Source: Amoebidium appalachense
Lineage: Eukaryota > Protista > Ichthyosporea
DNA: 64,000 nucleotides
NCBI GenBank assembly: GCA_963693365.1
Contig: CAVNZM010000006.1
Location: 8,559,355 to 8,623,354, forward strand
Direction: 5' to 3'
In this document: positions 38,614 to 48,929 of the stretch, piece by piece
How positions within the stretch are numbered: position 1 is the stretch's first letter
How the letters are laid out: each line of letters opens with the position of its first letter
Notes under the pieces: generated by a model
The model's input: the letters and a program-made list of their open reading frames with translations, nothing else
Databases searched by the model: none
What the model was told of the DNA's origin: nothing
Translations under genes and position numbers: made by a program

Positions 38614-41600
38614 GTCGTTTGTGTCAAAATCTATATATGTCATCCAATCAGATCTCGTTTGTATTTTCCCAAATATAGTAACTTACATTCCTTTCCCATT
38701 CCTTTCTCACGACGTAGCATTGTGCTATGTTCTCCAACTATTAGGAATAATTATATTTAGACGTGTTATGTTAAGAACATGTATAAATGTATGTTGTGAA
38801 CTAATAGTTACATAAGTGGTTTCATTTTGTTAAATGTTTCCGTGCTTTTATTAGAAGTTTCTTTCATTAGAGGATTGAGTTTTATATTCTATGTGTCGAC
38901 AGACATTTCGATCGATATATTTTACACTCATAGTTTTCGTCTTTTTGATTGGAAAATAGAGTTTTCGTTCTTTTGATTGGTTTATCGTTTTCACATTCCC
39001 AAGTATAAAAGGGACTTCATCTTGGAATAAATATAAACTTTGAAGCAGTCGTATTCATTTCCTATGGTTCCAGAAATCGTTCCACCTCTCCGGTTGTGTT
39101 TCTCCCGTGTGTCTCTGTGTTGTGTATAACATAACACCCATCTGTGCTCTCTGCTTCTCCGTTTACCGTGACCCACACAAAACAACAGGTTTACGGCCCT
39201 TTGCACGCTAACACACAATCTCGTTACAACCGCGAAATTCCTCCGTCTTACTGCTTCAATCATGACTGACAAACCGTCGTACATCAACCTTCCAATATGG
39301 AATCCGTCCGAGAAAAGAGACGAGAAACGTCTCAATTATTTCGAGTGGGAGCCACTCATTCACCGGTTCATAAGAACAACCATTGCCGAGAAATTCGTTG
39401 ACGCAATCAAGAGGCCACAGTGGGTTGACGGCACTGAGGCCAACCAGTGGCTAGGCTACGCCACCAAGGACTCCTACAAGAAAGCTTCCGACGTCCTCGA
39501 CCAGATCCTCAACCAGTCCGTCCATCCGACCGAGCTCTACGACTCCGGCCGGATGCAAGACGGTGTCCACGGTGGAGAAGTCTTCCACAACCTACGTATG
39601 GCGTATGTAGCAGAGAAGGAGGCCCGAGTCACCCAGATTCAAGTCACCTACGAGGAGCTTGAACTACGAGAGTACCCCAACGTCACAGCATACCTCACCC
39701 GTCTCCAACGTCTGGCTACGACACTTGGCTGCCTCGACGAGCCCGTCCAGCACAAGGATGTCGTACGTAAGTTCTTCCTTCACCTCCGGAAGAACACGAC
39801 CCTGGTCTGCTCCGACATTGAACGTCTCTGCTCCGACTACTGGATGAACAACAAGGCCTACCCGTCCTTCAACCAGCTCATCAGACATCCGAGGAGCTGA
39901 AATCCGTGCCGGCCTCATCGACGCAGGCACTGGTGCAACCGTCAACAACCGTCCCCTCCGTGCACTTCAGAGCAGAGTACTTCCCCCCGGTGACCTCCGT
40001 AACCGTATCCCTCGACGTGAGCATACACCTCACCGTTCCCCGTCCCGTTCCCGTGATCCTCGTCCGTCCTCCAACTTGAAGTCACCTGGCCCCCGTTCAA
40101 CTTCCCCTTACCACCGTGGTAACAGGGACAACCGTAACCGACAACACAACACCAAGAAGGTGGAGTGTTCCTACTGCCATGAGCCCCACCACATCACAGC
40201 ATGCCCGGAGCCTGGCTGTGCTGTTGCTCGTCGTGCCAAGCAGGAGAAAGGCAACAAGAGTGTGCAATTTGCACTCATCTCCTCCACCGGCACACCCGAC
40301 CGTGACGACCCCGTCTGGGACAGTGCTTGTAATGCACACATCTGCCCCATCAAGGAGTATTTCTCCTCCCTTACCACGTGTCCCCCCACCCCCATTCACG
40401 GCCTTGGCACCGTCAATGCCACACACCGTGGCATCATCAACCTGACACTGCACTACAACGGCCACTCAACCCCGTGCAGCATCAATGCTCTCTACGTACC
40501 GGCGAGTCACCGTCCTTCCTCGTGTCTGCCTCCATGGCCTCAACTGCAGGCCTCCTGGGTCACTGTGACGATGCAGACACTCACCCGTCGTTCCTCTATA
40601 GCCGTAATGGTGACATCATTTCCGATCTCACCCCCCTCAACGGTCTCTACTACATCACTGACTATGTGATTGACACTCCTCAACACCCGTGGGTCCAAGC
40701 CTACACAGCAAGGACTCAACCAACCGACGACCTCACCCTGTGGCACAACCGTCTCCGCCACCGTGCCCTCTCCACCGTCACCAGGATGGCCAAGGATGAG
40801 CTTGTCATCGGCATGCCGGCTCAAGTCACCCGACCACAGTGACTGCTTCGGCTGCATGTCTGGCAAGACCACCAAGGCTCCATTTCCCGTCACCCGTTCC
40901 CGGTTCACCATCCCCGGTGCTAAGTGGCACCTGGACTTCTTCGAAGCTCCCTGTGCTTCCTACGGAGGCTACAAGGTTGCTCTGGTGTGTGTTTGTGATG
41001 CCACCGGTTACACCACCGTGTTCCCCCTCTACAACCGTGGTGAAACTCTCAGCTACATTCAGTCTCTCGTTGAAACCATCGAACGTCAGACACCTGAGAT
41101 CGTCACCCATCTTCGGTTTGACTCCGGCTCTGAGTTCACCTCCAAGGACACCGAAGCCTACTGCAAGCAGAAACTTTAAGGCATCATCATGGAATTTGCC
41201 CCCGTCGACACACCACAGCACAACGGTGTTGTTGAACGGAAGATGAGAGAACTGCAAGAGACAGTCCGTTGCTTCCTCCATGCCGACAAGGACCAACTTG
41301 AACCTCTCTCTCCCAAGTTGTGGGTTGCTGCTCTCAAGCATGCTGGCTACATCGTCAACGTCACACCGTCATCTGCTGCCAACGGCAACACTCCCTTCGA
41401 GGCCTTCCACGGCTTCAAACCCGACGTCTCCCAGCTCCACGTGTTCGGCTCCCCTGCCTATGTGCATGTTCCCCGATCCAAGAGGAACAAGCTTGCATCA
41501 ACCGTCAGAGTCGGCACCTACGTCGGCTGGGATCTGCCCTCCAAGGCACACAAGATCCTCGACCGTGCCAGCAACCAAGTCAAGATCTGCCGTGACGTCA

Positions 41601-42008
41601 TCTTCGACGAGTCAAAATTCACGAGCAGCACCAATCAGGTCCCCGATCCCCCCCAACCCGATCTGCCGACATTGGACCCCCCCTCCGACGACGACGATGA
41701 AACTCCGTCTGTGGTCATCTCCCAACCGTCCTGGCACAACCACATCAGCTGATGCAACCAGCCCCAGTTGAACCCGTGCCTCCCCCAAGCCCCCCCCCCA
41801 CTGGCCAACAACCCTTGCTGCCGGCCCCCTCCATTGCCTACGTGTTTACCCAGAAAAATATTTATGTCAATAATTTCCACAAATAAAACCTCTATGAAAA
41901 ACTACTCCGGGACGTGTGTTGCCTCTAGGGGGACATCCCCTTGGACGAAAGTGAACCTGCAATGGTTGTAAACCACGGCACGAGAGCAGTATGCTTGCTC
42001 CAAAGGTT

Positions 42009-43040
42009 TCACTTAAGAATAGAGGCGAATACACGTGTGGTGGTGGCAGCAATGGAGGCCGGACGAAGTCGGGTATAGATCAGGAAGCAGTCGGAGGACC
42101 ACCGGCCGAGTTGTTTGATCCGGGAGTCGTCGACCCCGGCCTCAGCCAGTGCTGTGGCCCCCCCGATGCGGAGGCTGTGTCCGGCAAACCGGGAGGGTGA
42201 GAGGTCTGCCCGGGAGAGGAGGGCACGGAAATCGGCAGAGAAAGCACTCTTGGTGTAGGGGATGCCACCGAGACTGAAGAGGGGGTCGTCGGGTTGACCG
42301 GACGTTGTATCCAGGAACTGCCGGAGGAGATGGGCTGGGGAGAAGTGGGTGAGGGGCAGGGCAGCTAGGGTGACGTTGACACCTCGGGCCTGTACATCCG
42401 TCTTAGAGGTTGGCAGGTGGAGGGTGGCATGGGACAAAGTACCGGTGGGGGTGTAGCTGAAGGTCACGTCCTTCCGTTTAACGTGACGGGACGGGTCGAA
42501 AGAAGTCAGGGTCTTGGAGGTAAATTCCCCTGAACGGAGGAGACCACAGAAACCGACGATGAGGGCCGTCCATAGCCGGAGATTGGCCGAGGAGGCCTTG
42601 GTGGGGCACTGGCCGTGGAGTAGGTGGAGGTGGGAGGGGAGGAGGGGTTCCCTGGTGGATGAGCGGGGTCGGATGTTGTGAGAAAGCTGCCATCGGCCTA
42701 CCCCCCGTAGGAACCAGGCCAGAGACTTGTCGTGGGGGTAGGGAGCAGGGAGGCCCATGTCGAGGTGGAGCCTGGTGATGGCCGAATTGTAGCCGGTTAA
42801 GGAAGAGGCCTGTACCCCTCGTTGGGCACACCAGGCGAGAAAAAGTTGCACGGTGTGTGGGGAGGCCGGGAGGGAGGACCCGGAGGAGGATTGCAGCCGA
42901 GATGCCACACAGAAATCGATGAACACTTTTTGCACCCGGGAGTAAAAGGCCCGAGAGTCGAGGTTGAGACTCAGGGCCTGGCATTCCTGCAGGGTAGTGG
43001 TGGCTCGAAGCAGCTCGGCCGGAGCAAAGTGGGGGGCCAA
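42009..43040 (-). CDS. Tyrosine recombinase of the YR retrotransposon
   Basis: GLLRSGE, SKTD, GHSLRIGGAT and LGRWSSDCFLIY supply the full R-K-H-R-W-Y catalytic set. Confidence 0.95.
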   Translation of the reverse strand: MAPHFAPAELLRATTTLQECQALSLNLDSRAFYSRVQKVFIDFCVASRLQSSSGSSLPASPHTVQLFLAWCAQRGVQASSLTGYNSAITRLHLDMGLPAPYPHDKSLAWFLRGVGRWQLSHNIRPRSSTREPLLPSHLHLLHGQCPTKASSANLRLWTALIVGFCGLLRSGEFTSKTLTSFDPSRHVKRKDVTFSYTPTGTLSHATLHLPTSKTDVQARGVNVTLAALPLTHFSPAHLLRQFLDTTSGQPDDPLFSLGGIPYTKSAFSADFRALLSRADLSPSRFAGHSLRIGGATALAEAGVDDSRIKQLGRWSSDCFLIYTRLRPASIAATTTRVFASILK

Positions 43041-43094
43041 TCTGCCAGTGTTGCTCCGGAACGGGAGATCTGGGGGGGGGGGGGGGGGGGGGGG

Positions 43095-44952
43095 TTAGCC
43101 CAAGGGAAGGGATAGGAACTCGTGGACCCAGGAGGGGAAGGGGCAGGGCTCCGGTTGCAGGGAAGGTCGGAGTCGTCGGGCCCGGGGAAGTTGGTTACGA
43201 GAAATGGCATCGGCCAGATGGTTGAGGGGTCCTGGTAGGTAGGATGCCTGTAAGGTAAATTGGTATTGCATTTCCATGCGGGTGATGAACCGAATAAGTT
43301 TGGCCATCACGGGGTGGGGGGAAGACCGGGAGTGCAGGTCAGACACAGCACCCGTGTTGTCGCATAAAATACGGACATGGTGGGTGGACCAGGAGGGGGC
43401 CCAGAGGGCCACGGCGGCTGCGATGGCCAGGAGTTCGATGACGGAAGAACCGAGTTTACCCTCATGAGCATAGAGGGCTTGGGTGGAGGGGGACCAGGGC
43501 ATGAAGAACCATTGGTCGAGCCAGTGGCCACCTAGACCCACCGATCCGGCAGCATCAGTGGCCAGGGTGGTGTATGTGGGGGGGGGGGGGTGTGATGAGG
43601 TGCACCCCATTCCATGATGTGAGGAACTGGTGCCATTCGGCTATGTCGGCCCGGGCGGCAGCAGTCAGTCGTATGTGGTGGTGGCCGGCAAGGTGTGGGT
43701 GGGTCCGGAGAAGGGCCCATAGGCGCTGGGAGAAGGCCCTCCCGGGGGGAACCAGCTGGGCACACCAGGTGAGTTTGCCGAGGAGGGACTGGAGGTCCCG
43801 AATGGTGATGGTGGGCTTTGGGTGGGAAGTGAGGTCGAGTAGGTCCGAGAGCTTGGAAGCCGGGATTCGTGCCTCCATGGCGATGGAGTCGAATTCGATA
43901 CCGATGAAGACGACACGGGTAGCCGGGCCCTGCATCTTGTCTTCGGAGATGGCAATGTGCAGCTCTCGGCAGAGTTGCAGAAAGGTGGATAGGTGACGTT
44001 GGCACTGCTGTTGTGTGGGGGCGACTATAATCCAGTCGTCTACGTAGTGGCGGATGAGGGTAATACCGTGCTGGTGTGCCAGCCACTGTAGGGTGGCCGC
44101 GATCCGTTCCCAGATGGCTGGGCTAGATTTCAGGCCGAAGGGCAGTCTGGTTTCAACGTAAAAATGCCCTTGCCATTTGAATGCCATTAAGTGGTGGTCT
44201 TCCGGTCGGATGGGCATGTGCCGGAAGGCAGCCTGCACATCTGCCACGGCCATGTAGCAGCCGGGGCCTGCGTCGAGAATGAGTTGGGTGACATCCCGGG
44301 CGCGAATGTACTGAAGTTCGTCGGGGTAGGTGATGCTGTCATTGACACTGCTACCCCGGGGCCAGGAGAGGTGGTGGATTCGACGGTACTTGGGGGGGTT
44401 CCCTTTCTTGGTAACGGCGCCGATGGGGGAGGAACGGTGGACGGGAAATTCGTCAAAGAATTGGGCCGGGGAGAGGGGGCCGCGCAGGTGGCCGAGGGCG
44501 ACTTCTTTGGCAATATCCACCGTGATAGCGGCAGCTGCCTCCGGGGGTGGTGGGTAGGTTGGGGCCCACCCGAGAGGTGGAGGGGCCGCGATAGCCGATG
44601 TCGACGCCGAATTCGACATCGTGGAGGAGTTGTGCGGCGAATGGTTGGTCCGGGTAGGAGGCCAGCAGTTCCCGGAGGCGGGAGGTGTCAATGTGGTGCT
44701 GGGGCAGCGGGCGGGCCTCCGGGTCTGAGCCTCGGGGGAAGGGGTGGTTAGCAAGGGTGGTGTACCCTTGGGGAGATCCCGGCAGCGGGGGGGGGGGGGG
44801 GGGGGGGGGGGGGTGGGGGGGGGGGGGGGGGGCAGCAGGGCCCCGGGGGGGGTTAGAGTAGGGCAGCTTGGCCCAAGTGAGGGTTGGCAGGGAGGGCAGC
44901 GGGGCCCTGTGCAGGGGAATGTGCCCAAGCACGCGGGGGTGTGGGCGGACAC
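43095..44952 (-). CDS. Reverse transcriptase + RNase H of the YR retrotransposon (frame breaks at G/C homopolymers)
   Basis: RT motifs YRRIHHLSWPRGSSVNDSI, ADVQAAFR, LPFGLKSSP, YVDD. RNase H motifs ATDAA, IELLA, CDN, NHLADAISR. Confidence 0.93.
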
Positions 44953-45232
44953 AGCGGTAGAAGAAGGGGGGGGGGAGGGAGTGCTAGGTGAGTGTAAGGG
45001 GGGGGGGAGGCTCGTGGGATGGGGGGGGGGGGAGTAAAATTATGTGCAGTGGCCAGAATAAACGTCTTTGTATAGGGACATTTATTCTTGACGCGCGCGG
45101 GCGCCGTAGTTGGCCTGCGAAATTTTGTACTCAGCCCTATTGGCCCGTTCTCCCGAGCTCCGTTTCCCTGTACTCGTGTGTCCTAGCTCCGAACCCCTAT
45201 GTTCTAGCTGTGTGTGTGGGTGTGCGCGTAGA

Positions 45233-46404
45233 CTAGGCATTGTGCTTGCAGTCTTTGCGGGGGTGTGTGCCAGAGCAGAGCGGGCACACGTGGGAGAAGG
45301 GGCAGGGCTGCTTAGCGCAGGACCGACCGTTAATGTGGAAATTCCTGCAGTGCGTCGCGGGTAGATCCACGGGTCGGGCCGGTTTGGCCGGGCCGGGTTG
45401 CGGGCCAGGGCGGTTAGGGGTGTGACCCCCGCCGGGCTTGTGGGGCGGCTTAAAGCCGTCAAGACCACAGCCGGGCTTGGGGTACATGGGGCAGGCCGCG
45501 CTGGGGTGGTCGGGGAAGCCACAGCGCTGACATGCGTCCTGGATGAGCAGGGTGGGTGGCAGGAGGAGATCCTGGTGGAGTTGGGCGAGCAGGTTGGGGC
45601 ACTCGATCGGAGCCCGACCCTGCTGGTGGGCCACGGTGCGGGCGTATACGTCATAGTTGTGGATCTGGGCCCACGGGTATCGGGTGCTGAGGCGAGTGAT
45701 GTGCTGAGTCCAAAGTACGTCTTTGTCCGTGGGAAGGCCGAGGTGGTGCTTGGCGGCCATGTAATGGGTCCAAGCTTGGATCCAAATGACGAGTGAACGC
45801 AGGGGAACGGGTTTGTCTTGGCGAAAAGTCTCGATGCTGCCGTCGTCGGCCATGCGCAGATGCTGACCTTTCTTGGATGGGGCCAGGAGGGCGGCGGGGG
45901 TGAACTTATACAGGTCGACGAAACGATTGGCGCGCAAATCTGCCAGCACATCCGCGGGGGGAAGCGGGGAGTGTGCCCGGCTGAATGTCGCCAGTGTTCT
46001 CACCTGTGATGGGGGGCGCGGGCAGGGCAGGCAGGTCAAGGTCAGGGCCGAGATGCAGCCCCGGGGAAACCTCCCCGGGTGTGGAGGGCGCGGCGGGGGG
46101 CGCGGGAGGGTCGCGGTTGGTGAGAGCAGCCAGGACGCCAGCCATCTGGGTGCTGATGGCGGTGAGGGCGGCCAGGACGGCGTCTTGAGAAGTCATCTGC
46201 GGGGACGGCGGGGCCTGAGGGGGGACTTCAGGGGTGGAGGGGGAGAGTGGCCGGCGGGTCCGGGTCCGTGGTGGTATGGGCCGCTGGAGGCGCGTCAGTG
46301 TCCGCGGGAGCGTTGGTCAGCCTGTGGCGGAGGTCGCTGCGGGTCAGGCGCTTAGGTGCCGCGGCAGGGGCGGCGGCTGAGGCCTGGCGCTTTTTCGGCG
46401 GCAT
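45233..46404 (-). CDS. Gag-like ORF1 of the YR retrotransposon (frameshifted), with Cys/His fingers
   Basis: Starts MPPKKRQ at 46404. Contains WIQAWTHY...YPWAQIHNYD, CQRCGFPDHPSAAC and CRNFHINGRSCAKQPCPFSHVCPLCSGTHPRKDC. Confidence 0.8.
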
Positions 46405-48929
46405 GCTGACCGGCGTAGGGAAAGATAGGGAGAATGAAAAGGAGTGAAAAGGAATATATAGCTGTAAGGCTGTGGATGCTAAACACAGAAGATGTGTTTG
46501 TAGCTTGCTGCCAGATCTGCTAAAAACCGTTGACTGTCGTGCTTATATACCTAAGCCTACCGATCTGAACCAATCAAAAATCGATCTAGTGATATGTGAA
46601 ATCTGATCCGAGCCAATCATAACTCGGTCTAGTGATCTGTGGTATCTGATGTTTTGACTGGCTAATAGGTGCCCGTGTGCGGGCAGCCAACCGCTAACTG
46701 CTAAAACACGAAATGAAGCCTACATGGTTATGTTGGTATCGAACACCCATCCTACGTGTTTACCCAGAAAAATATTTATGTCAATAATTTCCACAAATAA
46801 AACCGTGACGTCATCTTCGACGAGTCAAAATTCACGAGCAGCACCAATCAGGTCCCCGATCCCCCCCAACCCGATCTGCCGACATTGGACCCCCCCTCCG
46901 ACGACGACGATGAAACTCCGTCTGTGGTCATCTCCCAACCGTCCTGGCACAACCACATCAGCTGATGCAACCAGCCCCAGTTGAACCCGTGCCTCCCCCA
47001 AGCCCCCCCCCCCACTGGCCAACAACCCTTGCTGCCGGCCCCCTCCATTGCTGTGCATCAACCCGGCTACATGACTCCGGTTCGTCCTGGGTCCCCCACC
47101 TTCCACCCGGCCTCGAGCAGCCCTGTGGACACCGATACCCCCCTCACCACTGGTCCTATTCCTGGCTTCCATGCCCCTGTCCCGCGCCGGCCTACAACAC
47201 CTCCCCGGCCTCCACCCCCCTCAAGGACCCTCCCAAGCCCAACCTTCGTCGGTCTGCACGTCTCACCAGGCCTCCAACGGCACTGGTCAGCATCACAGCA
47301 CCGACCATCAACATTGACCAACTCCCCAAGGGCATTCAAAAGCTTTGCAACGGTCCCAACGGTGATGCCGTCATAGCTGCCCTCACCTCCGAGTACCAAG
47401 CCTTCATCACCAAGGATGTCTTCACCGTTGTTGAACCCCCCCCTGATGCCAACATCATCAAGTTCAAGTGGATTGTGACTGAGAAAGTCCTCAACTCAGC
47501 CGGTGACACCAAGATCAAGGCTCGTGGTGTTGCAAAGGGCTTCACTCAAGTCTACGGTGTTGACTACGGTGACACCTCTTCCCCCGTGGTGATGTCCTCC
47601 TCCGTCCGTGCCCTCCTTGCCATCGGTGTGGACGGCAACCATGAGATTCATCAACTCGACGTCTCAACAGCCTTCCTCAACAGTCCTCTTCAAGAAGACA
47701 TCTACATTGAGCCACCACCTGGCTTCATCACCCCCGGCAACGAGCACAAGGTCTGGAAACTCAAGAAGGCACTCTACGGCCTCAAGCAGGCATCACTGGC
47801 CTGGTGTGAGTACTTCGACAAGGTCCTCCTTGCTCACGGTGTCGAACGTCTCCGTTCAGATCCATGTGTCTACATCAAGACCTTCCCCAACGGTGACATC
47901 ATCCTCACTGGCAACTATGTGGACGACTCGTCATCATCATCTGCACGGCCAACTCTTCCCACACCAAGGATCTAGTTGACCACATCATGAAGTCAGCTCT
48001 CTGCAAGGTCGACCTCCCCGACATCTTCCTCGGCACCCAGCTCATCCACCCCCCCGGTCACCTCAAGCTGCTTCAACAATCCTACATCAACGACATCGTC
48101 CGAGACTTCAACCTCAACGATGCCCACCCCAAGGCTACTCCCATTCCCGTCGGCACCGTCATCACCATCAACGAGAACGACTCACCAACCATCAAGGTTT
48201 CCTACCGTGAACTACTCGGCCGTCTTTTGTGGGTTGCTCGTTGTTCCCGGCCCGACATCTCCTTTGCCATCGGCTACCTCGGTAGATTCAGTGCCCACCC
48301 CACCAAACTTGCATGGGAATGTCTGCTCCGTGTAGTTCGGTACCTCATCGGCACTTCCAACCTCGGCCTTCACTACGACAAGTCTTCATCCGACGACAAC
48401 ACCCCCTTGCTGGAGTGTTATTCTGATGCCGACTTTGCTAACTGCCCCAACACCCGTCGTTCAACAACCGGATACGTCATCTTCTTCAAGGGCATCCCCA
48501 TCACATGGTATTCGAAGCTGCAGTCCATCACGGCAACATCCACCACCGAAGCTGAGCTTCTGGCCATCAATGCTGCTGTTCAAAACGTCATCTGGCACCG
48601 TGATCTCCTCCGTGAACTCGGCTACCCGATGACCGACCCCACCCCCGTCTACTGTGACAACTTGAACCAGTCCACCATTGCCCTCCTGCACACCAGCAGC
48701 ATCAAGCACCGGACCAAACACATTGCCGTCCGGTACCACAACACGAAGGACTACATCAAGAGTGGGGATGTGGTCGTCACCTACGTGTCCACCAAGGACA
48801 ACGTGGCCGACATCTTCACCAAGCCCCTGCCCGGGCCCTCCCACGAGCAGCACCGTGCTTCACTCAGTCTTCGTGACTGAGTGTGCTCCCCCCCCCCCCC
48901 CCCCCCCCCCCCCTCCTTTTTTATTTTCC

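Larger units (their letters stand above)
41837..46804 (-). mobile_element. Ngaro/DIRS-type tyrosine-recombinase retrotransposon (gag, RT-RNase H, YR)
   Basis: Identical 54-bp direct repeats at 41837-41890 and 46751-46804. Gene order gag-RT-RH-YR on the minus strand; no DDE integrase or protease. Confidence 0.95.

Noticed and set aside
43040-43610. Programmed frameshifts at G/C runs in the YR retrotransposon
   Set aside because: Breaks coincide with long homopolymers whose lengths are unreliable, so they cannot be distinguished from sequencing error or decay.
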